Source of the DNA: Dehalococcoidia bacterium
GTDB taxonomy: Bacteria; Chloroflexota; Dehalococcoidia; Dehalococcoidales; W498
Reading direction: 5' to 3'
NCBI GenBank assembly: GCA_011170285.1
Contig: DUEE01000023.1
Coordinates: forward strand, 7,283 to 71,282
Length of the DNA: 64,000 nucleotides
Notes under the pieces: generated by a model
Databases searched by the model: none
What the model was told of the DNA's origin: nothing
Seen by the model: the letters and a program-made list of their open reading frames with translations, nothing else
Translations under genes and position numbers: made by a program
Shown here: one piece after another, positions 32,797 to 42,343 of the stretch
Position numbering within the stretch: the first letter of the stretch is position 1
Layout: each line of letters starts with the position of its first letter

Positions 32797-33927
32797 ATGG
32801 CAAAAACGAGCTTTGTTTCTAACCCAGCCAACATTAAGGTAATCGGTCTAGGTGGTGGTGGCTGCAATGCTGTAACCCGCATGGTCAGGGAGGAGATTCA
32901 AGGTGTAGAGTTCATCGCCGTGAATACCGATGCCCAAGCGCTGGCCATTACCGAAGCCCCAACCCGTATCCAACTTGGAGAGAAGCTTACCAAAGGATTA
33001 GGCGTAGGTGGTGACCATACATTGGGTCAGAAAGCAGCCGAAGAAAGCAGCGACGAGCTTAGGCAAGTCGTCTCTGGGGCTGATATGGTATTTATCACCT
33101 GCGGTATGGGTGGTGGTACTGGCACCGGGGCGGCACCTGTTATTGCTGAAACAGCTAAGCAAAGTGGAGCCCTCACTATTGCCGTAGTTACCAAACCATT
33201 CACCTTTGAAGGTGTCCGCCGCTGTCAAGTATCAGATGAAGGCATTACCCGCCTGTTAGGCAAGATTGATACCCTTATTATTATCCCTAATGACCGCTTG
33301 CTCGACCTCTGTGACCAGAAGACACCGGTGGATAATGCTTTTAAGCTAGCCGACGATGTTCTGCGCCATGGTGTTCAGGCTATCGCTGAAGTTATCACTG
33401 TCCCTGGGATGATTAACCTTGACTTTGCCGATGTAAAGACAGTAATGAAGGATGCTGGTCCGGCTTGGATGTCCATAGGTACCGGCTCGGGTAAAGACCG
33501 GGCGGTAAATGCAGCCAAAGAAGCCTTAGCTAGCCCCCTGCTCGATGTCTCCATAGACGGGTCAAAGGGCGTGTTGTTCAATGTCATCGGTGGTAGCAGT
33601 CTCACCCTGTTTGAAGTTAATGAAGCGGCTGAGGTAATCAAGCAAGCGGTGGACCCTGATGCCAACATCATTTTCGGGGTGGCTCATGACCCTACTATGG
33701 ATAACGAGATAAAGATTACCCTGATTGCCACTGGATTTACTTCCAAGATAGGGATGCCCGGTGCTAACCAAGAAGAGGAGCTTACCCAAATGCTTCAGGG
33801 CTTAAAGAGTGAAGAGGAACTAGATGTTCCCTCTTTCCTGCGCCGCCCATTATTCAGCCATCGGCGCCAAGCAGTACCTCCCAATACCAAACAGGTGAAG
33901 ACACCGTTACGCACTCTGACCCCTTAA
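32797..33927 (+). CDS. ftsZ: cell division protein FtsZ
   Basis: 376 aa with [29 protein letters not shown] and NLDFADV. Confidence 0.97.
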   Translation: MAKTSFVSNPANIKVIGLGGGGCNAVTRMVREEIQGVEFIAVNTDAQALAITEAPTRIQLGEKLTKGLGVGGDHTLGQKAAEESSDELRQVVSGADMVFITCGMGGGTGTGAAPVIAETAKQSGALTIAVVTKPFTFEGVRRCQVSDEGITRLLGKIDTLIIIPNDRLLDLCDQKTPVDNAFKLADDVLRHGVQAIAEVITVPGMINLDFADVKTVMKDAGPAWMSIGTGSGKDRAVNAAKEALASPLLDVSIDGSKGVLFNVIGGSSLTLFEVNEAAEVIKQAVDPDANIIFGVAHDPTMDNEIKITLIATGFTSKIGMPGANQEEELTQMLQGLKSEEELDVPSFLRRPLFSHRRQAVPPNTKQVKTPLRTLTP

Positions 33928-33981
33928 AGCTCTCGGGTACCTTCCCCATTAACTGAGGGAAGCCCCCGAGACCAGCGCAAA

Positions 33982-34021
33982 GGCTGTAAGTGCTAATGCA
34001 CTACAGCCTTCTTGTTTGTTT
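33982..34021 (+). terminator. intrinsic terminator after ftsZ
   Basis: Stem GGCTGTAAGTGC / GCACTACAGCC with one bulge, followed by TTCTTGTTTGTTT. Confidence 0.65.
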
Positions 34022-34058
34022 ACCATCTTATGATAAACCTCAATAGCCCCTATAACCC

Positions 34059-34087
34059 TTGACAAATACTACATATTGTGGTATTCT
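34059..34087 (+). promoter_or_regulatory. sigma-70 promoter of the nrdR operon
   Basis: TTGACA (34059-34064), 17-nt spacer ending in TGg, TATTCT (34082-34087). Confidence 0.6.
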
Positions 34088-34112
34088 AGTTTTAATATCC
34101 TATATAATGTGG
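34066..34112 (+). promoter_or_regulatory. tandem NrdR boxes
   Basis: ATACTACATATTGTGG (34066-34081) matches 13/16 and ATCCTATATAATGTGG (34097-34112) matches 12/16 of the recalled consensus acaCwAtATaTwGtgt. The boxes are 31 bp apart and overlap the -10 element and the TSS region. Confidence 0.6.
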
Positions 34113-34121
34113 AATATTGCT

Positions 34122-34667
34122 ATGAATTGCCCTTATTGTAGTTACCATGATTCTAAGGTTGTTGATTCTCGCGATGTAAATGATGGCATACGCCGCCGAC
34201 GTCAATGCTTAAGGTGCGGCTCCAGGTTCACTACCTATGAGCGACTACAACCGGCTAGTCTCTTTGTTATTAAGAAAGACGAGAGGCGTGAGGAATTTAA
34301 CCGAAATAAACTGCTAACCGGTATTCACAAGGCATGTGAAAAACGACCATTGCCTATGGGCACCGTTGATAAGCTTGCCGATGAAATAGAAGCTGAGCTT
34401 TGCCGCCTGGGTAAGGTTGAGATACCCAGTGCTGTCATCGGTAACATGGTAATGGAAAGGTTAAAGAGCCTAGATTATATTGCCTATATCCGTTTTGCCA
34501 GCGTCTACCGTGAGTTTACTGACATCACGGCCCTAAAACAAGAGGTAGACACCCTGGTTAGCAGCGAAGCTGAAACACCTGCGCCCACTAGCCAGCTCCC
34601 CTTACTTCCCAGTGAGCAAGTAGGGAGACCCCTTACGAGACAAGGACGAGTCAGAAGAAGTAAATAA
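34122..34667 (+). CDS. nrdR: transcriptional repressor NrdR
   Basis: The start is re-set to ATG at 34122 (MNCPYCSYHDSKVVDSRD...RRRRQCLRCGSRFTTYE, zinc ribbon). An ATP-cone follows. Confidence 0.93.
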   Translation: MNCPYCSYHDSKVVDSRDVNDGIRRRRQCLRCGSRFTTYERLQPASLFVIKKDERREEFNRNKLLTGIHKACEKRPLPMGTVDKLADEIEAELCRLGKVEIPSAVIGNMVMERLKSLDYIAYIRFASVYREFTDITALKQEVDTLVSSEAETPAPTSQLPLLPSEQVGRPLTRQGRVRRSK

Positions 34668-34715
34668 AATTAACCTAAACCAGGAGCCAGAAACGAAAAC
34701 ATTAGGAGGAGGAAA

Positions 34716-35054
34716 ATGAGAATAACGCCTAGCCAAAAAGACATCAATGAGAGAAAGGACATTTGGAAAGCAATATGCTGGCGGATGAACGAGAGAAGGA
34801 TCATGCCACAGGAACTTGCTCGTCTGACAGGATACTCGAAAAACCTTATCGAGAAAGGAATAGGCGGCGATTCTGTACCAGTAACAGAGGATTTTTTGCA
34901 GAATTGCGTTACAGCCTTCGGTCTAACAAATGCCAGGGCAAGGTTTTTTGAAGATACGCCTGATATTCTATCACACGACGAGCTGGTGGAACTCATCAAG
35001 CCACCACCGGCAATGCCTCCTCGGCAGGGTAACTTTTGGGACTATAATGATTAG
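34716..35054 (+). CDS. XRE-family HTH protein
   Basis: 112 aa with AGGAGGAGG upstream and the HTH IMPQELARLTGYSKNLIEKGIGG. The stop is 9 nt before the ImmA-like gene. Confidence 0.7.
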   Translation: MRITPSQKDINERKDIWKAICWRMNERRIMPQELARLTGYSKNLIEKGIGGDSVPVTEDFLQNCVTAFGLTNARARFFEDTPDILSHDELVELIKPPPAMPPRQGNFWDYND

Positions 35055-35063
35055 GAGTTATTA

Positions 35064-35945
35064 ATGGGTATAGACTACTTAATCGGTAACAGCTTCACTA
35101 CCCAGGTAGTACCACTATCCGTCAATTTGGATCAAGCTACCAGTCTTATTGTTGAACGAGCCAGACAGTTGTTGAACCAATTGATTAAGGACAGGGGACA
35201 TGATAAACCGCCGTTTTTGCCCGAAGAATTTGCTCGCTTGCAGGGTATCAAGAAATTTGTTAAAGCTGACCTCGGAAAAGTGAGCGGTGTCCTACTCAGA
35301 TTTCATGACGGTTATGTGATTAAGGTTAACCAAAACCACAACCCGGCTAGACAAAACTTCTCCTGTGCTCACGAGATTGGGCACACTTTACTTAGTGAGC
35401 TGAAGCTAGAACTCAACACAGAGAATATTGAGTTCCGAACTTTCAATCCACAAGCTCATGCAATAGCTCATTCAAAAACTAGAGAACGCCTATGTGATGT
35501 CGCTGCTACCGAACTACTCATGCCAGAGTTGGTTTTTAGAGAATATTTGTCAGGTTTTGGTTTGTCCGTACAATCGATTGAGCGATTGGCAAACGTCTTT
35601 AAAGTTTCCATTCGTGCCGCCGCCTGGCGGATTGCTGAAGTTAGTACGGAACCTTGCATTGCCCTTCTGTGGAAGCCGCACCGAAGCGCCAAGCCTAAAA
35701 CGCTTCGGCTAGCCTGGCGTGCAGGCCCAGGGGGAAAATCGAGAGGCAAAGCTAACTATATGCCAGTGCATACACTTGTTAGATACCCCTCCAAATTGCA
35801 TCAAGCTTATGAAAATGATACCCCTGTTGAGTCTTTTAAACTTTTTAAGCTCAATACTGTTACCAAGCGTTGCCCTATGGAATCCAGAGGTTTTGGACGC
35901 AAGGAAACGAGATACGTTATCTCTCTAGCCTTCCTTGATAGATGA
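35064..35945 (+). CDS. ImmA/IrrE-family (COG2856) zinc metallopeptidase
   Basis: 293 aa with the HEXXH motif CAHEIGHTLL and a downstream ATELLMP motif. An extra C-terminal domain of about 110 aa is present. Confidence 0.8.
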   Translation: MGIDYLIGNSFTTQVVPLSVNLDQATSLIVERARQLLNQLIKDRGHDKPPFLPEEFARLQGIKKFVKADLGKVSGVLLRFHDGYVIKVNQNHNPARQNFSCAHEIGHTLLSELKLELNTENIEFRTFNPQAHAIAHSKTRERLCDVAATELLMPELVFREYLSGFGLSVQSIERLANVFKVSIRAAAWRIAEVSTEPCIALLWKPHRSAKPKTLRLAWRAGPGGKSRGKANYMPVHTLVRYPSKLHQAYENDTPVESFKLFKLNTVTKRCPMESRGFGRKETRYVISLAFLDR

Positions 35946-35980
35946 ACTGAGGGAAAGAAATACTAGATTCGGGGGATACC

Positions 35981-38590
35981 ATGTCAAGTAATAGTAATAA
36001 GTATAACAACGGTGAAGGATTTATTAATCGTACCGAAATTCTCAGGGCTGTTGTTGCTGATGCTGAGTCAATCGGTATACGTGATAGAAATAAGATAGAG
36101 CAACTCACCGCTCAGGTGATTGAACGCCTAGAACAGCAGCAAACCCTGCCCGGAATGGAACACCTGGTGCCCAAGCCTCGCCTTCTTCAGAAACACCTGC
36201 CCACAGATTCTGAAATCCGGGCTGCAGTGAAGGAAATCTTAGCTGCTGAAGAACCGGCTAAGCCGGAGGAGGTTAAACCTAAAATGAAAACCCAAATTAA
36301 AGAGATGCCTATTATCCCCACCAAGCCAAAGGTTCAACTGACTCCTGGCATTAATCTTACTGAAAATGCCAGCCGAGTTCTGGAGAGAAGATACCTGAAG
36401 AAAGACAAAACGGGGCAAGTTATTGAGAAGGTAGAGGAGATGTTCCGCCGTGTAGCACAGACTATCGCCTCAGCTGAGCTCATCTACGACCCTAAGGCAG
36501 ATGTCAAGGCAAGGGAGGAGGAGTTCTACCAGTTGATGGCTAATCTAGAGTTCCTGCCTAACTCGCCTACTCTGATGAATGCGGGGAGGGAATTAGGGCA
36601 ACTGTCAGCCTGCTTTGTCCTTCCCATTTACGACTCAATGGAATCCATCTTTGATGCAGTAAAGAATACGGCGCTCATCCACAAAAGTGGCGGCGGGACA
36701 GGGTTTTCCTTCTCCAGTCTAAGACCAGAAACAGATAGAGTAGGCTCCACCGGTGGTGTCGCCAGTGGCCCTGTATCCTTTATGCGAGCCTTTGACGTTG
36801 CCACTGATGTCATTAAACAGGGTGGAATGCGCCGTGGGGCAAATATGGCTATTCTTAACATTGACCACCCCGACATTATGAAATTCATCGGCGCCAAAGA
36901 AGACCCTGCCGCCTTTACCAACTTTAATCTCTCGGTAGCTGTAACCACAGCGTTTATGGAAGCAGTCAGGTCTGACACCGACTATAACCTGATAAATCCA
37001 CGCACTAATGAAATAGCGGGCAAGCTAAATGCCATGGAGGTATTCTATAAGATAGTGGATATGGCATGGAAAACAGGCGACCCCGGTATTGTCTTCCTTG
37101 ACCGGATAAATAAGGATAACCCCGTTAAGCATTTGGGCGAAATTGAAAGCACCAATCCCTGCGGGGAGCAGCCGTTACTCCCCTACGAATCGTGTAATCT
37201 GGGCTCCATCAATCTAGCCAGGATGCTGCGAACGACAAACGGAACCACCGATATTGATTATCCCAAGCTAGCTGAGACGGTAAGGATTGCTATCAGGTTT
37301 CTAGATAATGTCATCGGTGTTAATAAGTTCCCCCTCCCGGAAATAAAGGACAAGACCAATAAGACGAGAAAGATTGGTCTCGGAGTGATGGGGTTTGCTG
37401 ATATGTTAATCCAGATGGGCATCCCCTACGACTCAGAGGAGGCGCTAAAAGTAGCAGAGAAGGTAATGGCCGATATACAACACTATGCGACTGAAGCTTC
37501 TAAAGAAATAGCACAAGAAAGAGGTGTATTTCCCGCTTTTGAGGGAAGCATCTATGACTGCCCCGATGGTATCAGAGTGAGAAATGCCACCAGAACTACT
37601 ATTGCTCCCACCGGTACCCTGAGCATAATAGCTGGCTGCTCCAGCGGTATTGAGCCTCTCTTTGCCCTGAGCTATACCAGAAACATACTGGATAGTGACC
37701 AGCTTATCGAGGTTAATCCCTATTTCGAGCAAGTAGCCAGGAGCGAGGGCTTTTACTCCGAGGAGCTTATGCGACAGCTAGCCGCAGGGGCTAAACTCCA
37801 AGATACAGACGGAGTTCCTGACGATATCAAACTACTATTTGTCACTGCCCACGAAATAACACCTGAAGGGCATGTCAAGATGCAAGCCGCCTTTCAGAAG
37901 TCTACCCACAACGCCGTCTCTAAAACAGTCAACTTCCCCCAGGATGCTACCAAGGAAGACATAGCCAAAGTGTATATGATGGCTTATGAAGAGGGATTAA
38001 AGGGAATAACTATCTACCGGGATAGAAGCCGTGAAGCTCAGGTTTTAACCACGGGCAAGGTAGAAAAGGTTGAGAGTGCCGGGCTTACCCCCAGGGGGAG
38101 AGCTAAAACTACCACAGGGATTACCGAAAGGGTAACCACCGGTTGTGGCTATATCTATGTAACCGTGAACTCTGATGAGCAAGGAATATGCGAGGTCTTC
38201 TCCACACTGGGCAAAGCTGGAGGCTGTGCCTCTGCCCAACTGGAAGCCATCTGCCGACTCATCTCCCTGGCATTGAGGTCTGGCATAGATGTCGCCTCAG
38301 TGGTAAGGCAGCTTCGTGGCATCCGCTGTCCATCTATTGCCTGGGAAGAGGGTAAGTCTATCCTGTCCTGCGCTGATGCCATTGCCAGCGTTCTGGAAAA
38401 ACACATAAGCGGTGATAGTGGCAACGGGAAAGAAAGCTCAAAAGTTGAGGATGCTCTAAACAGTAAGGATAGTGGTCATGAGGTAGATATAGCCCGGAAC
38501 ATAGCCGGGCAGTGCCCCGACTGTGGCAACCTTCTAGTATATCAGGAGGGCTGCTTCATCTGCCCCACCTGCGGCTATACGAAGTGTTAA
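35981..38590 (+). CDS. nrdJ: adenosylcobalamin-dependent (class II) ribonucleotide reductase
   Basis: 869 aa with [22 protein letters not shown], a thiyl-radical loop region and a C-terminal zinc ribbon CPDCGN...CPTCGYTKC. About 115 aa of N-terminal extension. Confidence 0.93.
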   Translation: MSSNSNKYNNGEGFINRTEILRAVVADAESIGIRDRNKIEQLTAQVIERLEQQQTLPGMEHLVPKPRLLQKHLPTDSEIRAAVKEILAAEEPAKPEEVKPKMKTQIKEMPIIPTKPKVQLTPGINLTENASRVLERRYLKKDKTGQVIEKVEEMFRRVAQTIASAELIYDPKADVKAREEEFYQLMANLEFLPNSPTLMNAGRELGQLSACFVLPIYDSMESIFDAVKNTALIHKSGGGTGFSFSSLRPETDRVGSTGGVASGPVSFMRAFDVATDVIKQGGMRRGANMAILNIDHPDIMKFIGAKEDPAAFTNFNLSVAVTTAFMEAVRSDTDYNLINPRTNEIAGKLNAMEVFYKIVDMAWKTGDPGIVFLDRINKDNPVKHLGEIESTNPCGEQPLLPYESCNLGSINLARMLRTTNGTTDIDYPKLAETVRIAIRFLDNVIGVNKFPLPEIKDKTNKTRKIGLGVMGFADMLIQMGIPYDSEEALKVAEKVMADIQHYATEASKEIAQERGVFPAFEGSIYDCPDGIRVRNATRTTIAPTGTLSIIAGCSSGIEPLFALSYTRNILDSDQLIEVNPYFEQVARSEGFYSEELMRQLAAGAKLQDTDGVPDDIKLLFVTAHEITPEGHVKMQAAFQKSTHNAVSKTVNFPQDATKEDIAKVYMMAYEEGLKGITIYRDRSREAQVLTTGKVEKVESAGLTPRGRAKTTTGITERVTTGCGYIYVTVNSDEQGICEVFSTLGKAGGCASAQLEAICRLISLALRSGIDVASVVRQLRGIRCPSIAWEEGKSILSCADAIASVLEKHISGDSGNGKESSKVEDALNSKDSGHEVDIARNIAGQCPDCGNLLVYQEGCFICPTCGYTKC

Positions 38591-38634
38591 ACAGAAACAG
38601 TTATCAAGAATTCAGAGTATAAAGGAGGAAAATA

Positions 38635-39303
38635 ATGAAAAACCATCAAGAGCTAGCTAGGGAGTTCGAGGAGACTCTCAAGCTAGGGAGTTGTCTAATA
38701 GGGGTTAGGTATAGCGATAAGCCAGACTCCAGGGTAGACACAGAGAGAAAGCTTGCTGCTTGTGAAGCTATCGATATTGTCAGAAGAGAAAAAGCAATGG
38801 TTAATCTTTCATCGGAAACTTGCAGTTGCATAGGCGGAAAATACTACCTTGGCTTAGACCCTGTTCCTAAAGAGCAAATCATCAAGGTGGTCATGGATGT
38901 TCACAAAATGTTCGCCTCGGAACAACTGGCACGGCAATTCTTAGACAATGTACCACCGCCGAGTGGTCGGGGCAACTTTGTGGTCATAGCGCCCCTCACA
39001 GAGGTGACCGTAGAGCCTGACCTGGTCCTTTCTGTCTGTACTGCCGAGCAAGCGAATAGAATAGTTAGCCTTCTAATGTACTCAGGGTTGAAACCTTTTA
39101 CCTATAATCTGGTCAGTGCTGGATGCACCTCCCTGGCAAATCCTATGGTAACTGGTGAAATAGACATAAATTTAATAACTGACCATGCCAGAAGAAGGGT
39201 GCCGAATTTCGCAAGTAATGAACTTATTGTAGCTATGCCCTTTGAGAAATTTAAGGAAGCGTCGGCTAACATACCATATGCTGGTGCAGTAATAAAATGT
39301 TAG
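38635..39303 (+). CDS. DUF169 domain protein
   Basis: 222 aa. The pattern LKLGSCLIGVRY...CEAIDIVRREKAM...CSCIGGKYYLG matches my recollection of DUF169 (COG2043). Confidence 0.6.
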   Translation: MKNHQELAREFEETLKLGSCLIGVRYSDKPDSRVDTERKLAACEAIDIVRREKAMVNLSSETCSCIGGKYYLGLDPVPKEQIIKVVMDVHKMFASEQLARQFLDNVPPPSGRGNFVVIAPLTEVTVEPDLVLSVCTAEQANRIVSLLMYSGLKPFTYNLVSAGCTSLANPMVTGEIDINLITDHARRRVPNFASNELIVAMPFEKFKEASANIPYAGAVIKC

Positions 39304-39316
39304 ACCCGTTACTTCA

Positions 39317-39412
39317 CGAAACCTAGCTGGGCAGTGCCCTGACTGTGGCAACCTACTCGTCTATTAAGAGGGATGCTTCATCTGCCCCACCTGTGGCTAT
39401 ACCAAGTGCTGA
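39317..39412 (+). pseudogene. displaced duplicate of the nrdJ 3' end (zinc-ribbon tail) with an internal stop
   Basis: 39323-39412 aligns with 38501-38590 at 77/90 nt by manual alignment. It reads [28 protein letters not shown]. Confidence 0.8.
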
Positions 39413-39421
39413 ATAAAACCC

Positions 39422-39450
39422 TTGACAAAATACACGGAAGCGTGTGTAAT
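39422..39450 (+). promoter_or_regulatory. putative sigma-70 promoter in the nrd/acs intergenic region
   Basis: TTGACA (39422-39427), 17-nt spacer, TGTAAT (39445-39450). It lies about 260 nt upstream of cooC. Confidence 0.4.
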
Positions 39451-39581
39451 CAGACTGACTACCATAGTGGGAAAGTAGAGACGCGGCAGACAAGACCAGA
39501 GAGATTATTGCCTAACCTTTAAAGCTTGCTTTGTTGTCAGCTTCCTATTTGACAATATTAATATTAGATAAGTAAAATGGC

Positions 39582-39610
39582 TTGACTTTTTGCTCAGCAC
39601 AGGATAAACT
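39582..39610 (+). promoter_or_regulatory. putative sigma-70 promoter proximal to the Wood-Ljungdahl cluster
   Basis: TTGACT (39582-39587), 17-nt spacer, TAAACT (39605-39610). It lies about 100 nt upstream of the cooC ATG. Confidence 0.4.
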
Positions 39611-39710
39611 ACAAAATCGGTGTAGCAGAAAAACAATAGGTAACAGAGGTTGATAAGGCTGGGTACTTTTCCCAAAAGACTCAGCTTTATTATGAAAAGA
39701 ATAAATCAAG

Positions 39711-40499
39711 ATGAAGATTGCTGTCACTGGTAAAGGCGGAGTAGGGAAGACCTTATTAACGGCTCTCCTTGCTAAGGTATTTTCTGAAGCTGGCTATTCT
39801 GTTCTAGCTATAGATGCTGACCCCGATGCCAATCTAGCTGCCACCCTTGGTTTTCCCGACAGTGACAAGATGGTCCCTATATCTGAGATGAGCGCTCTTA
39901 TTGAAGAAAGGACAGGAGCACGCCCGGGTCAAATTGCACCCTACTATAGGCTGAACCCCAAAGTTGATGACTTACCAGAGAAGTATTCTATAATATACGA
40001 TGGAATTCGGTTAATGGCAATGGGGCGAATTAAACGAGGTGGAACTGGTTGTTATTGCCCTGAGGGTGCTTTGCTACAAGCTTTGCTTATCCATTTGCTG
40101 GTAGTAAGGGATGAGGTGGTTATTTTAGATATGGAAGCCGGGATAGAACATTTGGCACGAGGAACAGCAAAGGCGGTAGATAAACTGATTGTAGTAGTGG
40201 AACCAGGCAGACGGAGCATTGAAACAGCCTACAGGATTGATGAACTGGCACAGGATATTGGTCTACTGAATGTCGCCGTGGTAGCCAACAAGGTCAGAAA
40301 CCAATCAGACAGGAAATTCCTGCTTTCTAACCTTCCCGACTTCAAAATTCTTGGCTTTATCCCCTATGACCAAGCAATAGTGGAAGCTGACCTGGCTAAT
40401 CTTCCCTTGCTTGATTCCAGCCAGCAGATTATCAATGAAATAAGAAATATTTATCAGGCTTTGCTATCACCGGCTAAAGTACAAAGCCTGATAAATTAG
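39711..40499 (+). CDS. cooC: CooC/AcsF-type Ni-insertion ATPase (paralogue 1)
   Basis: 262 aa with a deviant Walker A GKGGVGKT, DADPDANL and the metal motif CYCPEG. Confidence 0.88.
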   Translation: MKIAVTGKGGVGKTLLTALLAKVFSEAGYSVLAIDADPDANLAATLGFPDSDKMVPISEMSALIEERTGARPGQIAPYYRLNPKVDDLPEKYSIIYDGIRLMAMGRIKRGGTGCYCPEGALLQALLIHLLVVRDEVVILDMEAGIEHLARGTAKAVDKLIVVVEPGRRSIETAYRIDELAQDIGLLNVAVVANKVRNQSDRKFLLSNLPDFKILGFIPYDQAIVEADLANLPLLDSSQQIINEIRNIYQALLSPAKVQSLIN

Positions 40500-40565
40500 T
40501 AAGAAGCATAACTGCATTTTAATAGGCATCAATTATCAGCAAAATTTTAATAAAGGAGGTTTTCT

Positions 40566-42329
40566 GTGGCTTACGATGCAGTAAAAATGAAGGATTGGCA
40601 GATTGCAGAAGCGGCTGAAGTCAACATGCCAACCCCAGACGAGTGGAGGGAGAGACTAAACCTGGAAAAGGATGAGATGATTCCTTTCGGGAAACTATGC
40701 CGGCTTGATTTCACGAAAATCATTGACCGCCTCAAGGACAAGCCGGATGGTAAGTATATTGAGGTAACTGCTATAACCCCGACGCCGCTGGGTGAGGGGA
40801 AAACAACAACGACAATGGGTATTTTGGAAGGCATGGGCAAGCGTGGATTGAATGTAGGCGGCTGTATCCGCCAGCCCTCAGGTGGTCCGACAATGAATAT
40901 CAAGGGAACGGCTGCCGGTGGTGGCAATGCGCTGCTTATTCCCATGACCGAATTCTCTATGGGTCTTACCGGGGACATCAACGACATCATGAATGCCCAT
41001 AATCTAGCCATGGTGGCGCTTACGTCTAGAATGCAGCATGAGCGCAATTACGATGACGAACAACTGGCTAGACTCACCAAGATGCGCCGCCTGGACATCG
41101 ACCCCACTAGGGTGGAGATGGGCTGGATTATGGATTTTTGCGCTCAAAGCCTGCGCAATATCGTCATCGGTCTCGGTGGGCGTATGGATGGCTTCGCCAT
41201 GCAGTCCAAGTTCGGCATCGCCGTCGGTTCTGAGCTTATGGCTATCCTATCCATTGTCAAGGATTTAGCTGACCTGCGGGAAAAACTAGATAATATAACG
41301 GTAGCCTTTGATAAGAAGGGCAATGTCATTACCACTGGTGACCTTGAGGTAGGAGGCGCCATGACCGCCTGGATGCGCAACACAATTAACCCCACCCTGA
41401 TGTCAACAGTGGAGTACCAGCCTTGCATGGTTCATGCCGGACCCTTTGCCAATATTGCTGTAGGGCAGTCATCAATAACAGCCGACCGTGTCGGGCTGAA
41501 GCTGTTTGACTATCATGTTACCGAGAGCGGCTTCGGTGCCGACATCGGCTTTGAGAAATTCTGGAATGTTAAGTGCCGCTATAGTGGGCTCAAGCCGCAT
41601 GTGTCAGTACTTACCACCACCATCCGGGCACTGAAGATGCATGGCGGAGGACCTAAAGTAGTAGCCGGTCTGCCCCTGCCTGACTCTTACGCTAAAGAGG
41701 ACCTGGGACTGCTGGAGAAGGGTATCTCTAACATGATACATCACATCAACATCATCAAGACATCTGGTATCAAACCGGTGGTTTGTATCAACAGCTTTCA
41801 CACCGATACCAAGGATGAAATAGCTATGGTGAGAAAGGCAGCCGAGGCAGCCGGGGCGTTTTGCGCCTTGTCCAGCCACTGGGCTAACGGCGGCGACGGT
41901 GCCCTAGAACTAGCTGATACGGTCAAGGAAGCCTGTAAAGTTGAGAATGAGTTCAATTTCCTTTATCCTGTGGAAATGAAACTACGGGAGCGGGTGGAAA
42001 AGATTGCCAAAGTGGTCTATGGTGCTAATGGTGTATCCTGGACCCCTGATGCCGAAGCCAAGGCCAAGAAACTTGAGTCCGATGCTAAATATGATGATTA
42101 CGCCACCATGATGGTAAAGACTCATCTAAGCCTCACCCACGACCCGGCAGTTAAAGGCGTCCCCAAGGATTGGGCTCTACCCATCCGCGATGTATTGATT
42201 TACTCCGGGGCGAAATTCCTCTGTCCTTGCGCCGGGGCTATCAGCCTGATGCCAGGAACCTCATCTAACCCTGCCTTTAGACGGGTCGATGTTGATGTAA
42301 ACACGGGAAAGGTTACAGGGCTGTTTTAG
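40566..42329 (+). CDS. fhs: formate-tetrahydrofolate ligase
   Basis: 587 aa with a GTG start after AGGAGG. It contains [13 protein letters not shown] and the EFSMGLTGD region. Confidence 0.96.
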   Translation: MAYDAVKMKDWQIAEAAEVNMPTPDEWRERLNLEKDEMIPFGKLCRLDFTKIIDRLKDKPDGKYIEVTAITPTPLGEGKTTTTMGILEGMGKRGLNVGGCIRQPSGGPTMNIKGTAAGGGNALLIPMTEFSMGLTGDINDIMNAHNLAMVALTSRMQHERNYDDEQLARLTKMRRLDIDPTRVEMGWIMDFCAQSLRNIVIGLGGRMDGFAMQSKFGIAVGSELMAILSIVKDLADLREKLDNITVAFDKKGNVITTGDLEVGGAMTAWMRNTINPTLMSTVEYQPCMVHAGPFANIAVGQSSITADRVGLKLFDYHVTESGFGADIGFEKFWNVKCRYSGLKPHVSVLTTTIRALKMHGGGPKVVAGLPLPDSYAKEDLGLLEKGISNMIHHINIIKTSGIKPVVCINSFHTDTKDEIAMVRKAAEAAGAFCALSSHWANGGDGALELADTVKEACKVENEFNFLYPVEMKLRERVEKIAKVVYGANGVSWTPDAEAKAKKLESDAKYDDYATMMVKTHLSLTHDPAVKGVPKDWALPIRDVLIYSGAKFLCPCAGAISLMPGTSSNPAFRRVDVDVNTGKVTGLF

Positions 42330-42343
42330 CGGAGGAAAACTGC

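Noticed and set aside
34670-34999. 109-aa minus-strand ORF overlapping the XRE gene
   Set aside because: The plus-strand frame has a strong RBS, an HTH and tight spacing to immA. The antisense product has no features.
39577-39596. Sigma-54-like element TGGCTTGACTTTTTGCT upstream of the Wood-Ljungdahl cluster
   Set aside because: The GG-to-GC spacing is one nt longer than TGGCAC-N5-TTGC allows, and the sequence overlaps an equally good sigma-70 -35 element. It is tempting given the rpoN gene in the window, but it is not supportable by eye.
39455-39670. Possible ZTP (pfl) riboswitch upstream of the fhs/folD-containing cluster (GACTGAC..., AGGCTGGGTA)
   Set aside because: The matches to GACUGGCG and CCGCCUGGGC are weak. 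The two halves are about 190 nt apart, far beyond the known linker length, and no P1/P2 pairing is obvious.
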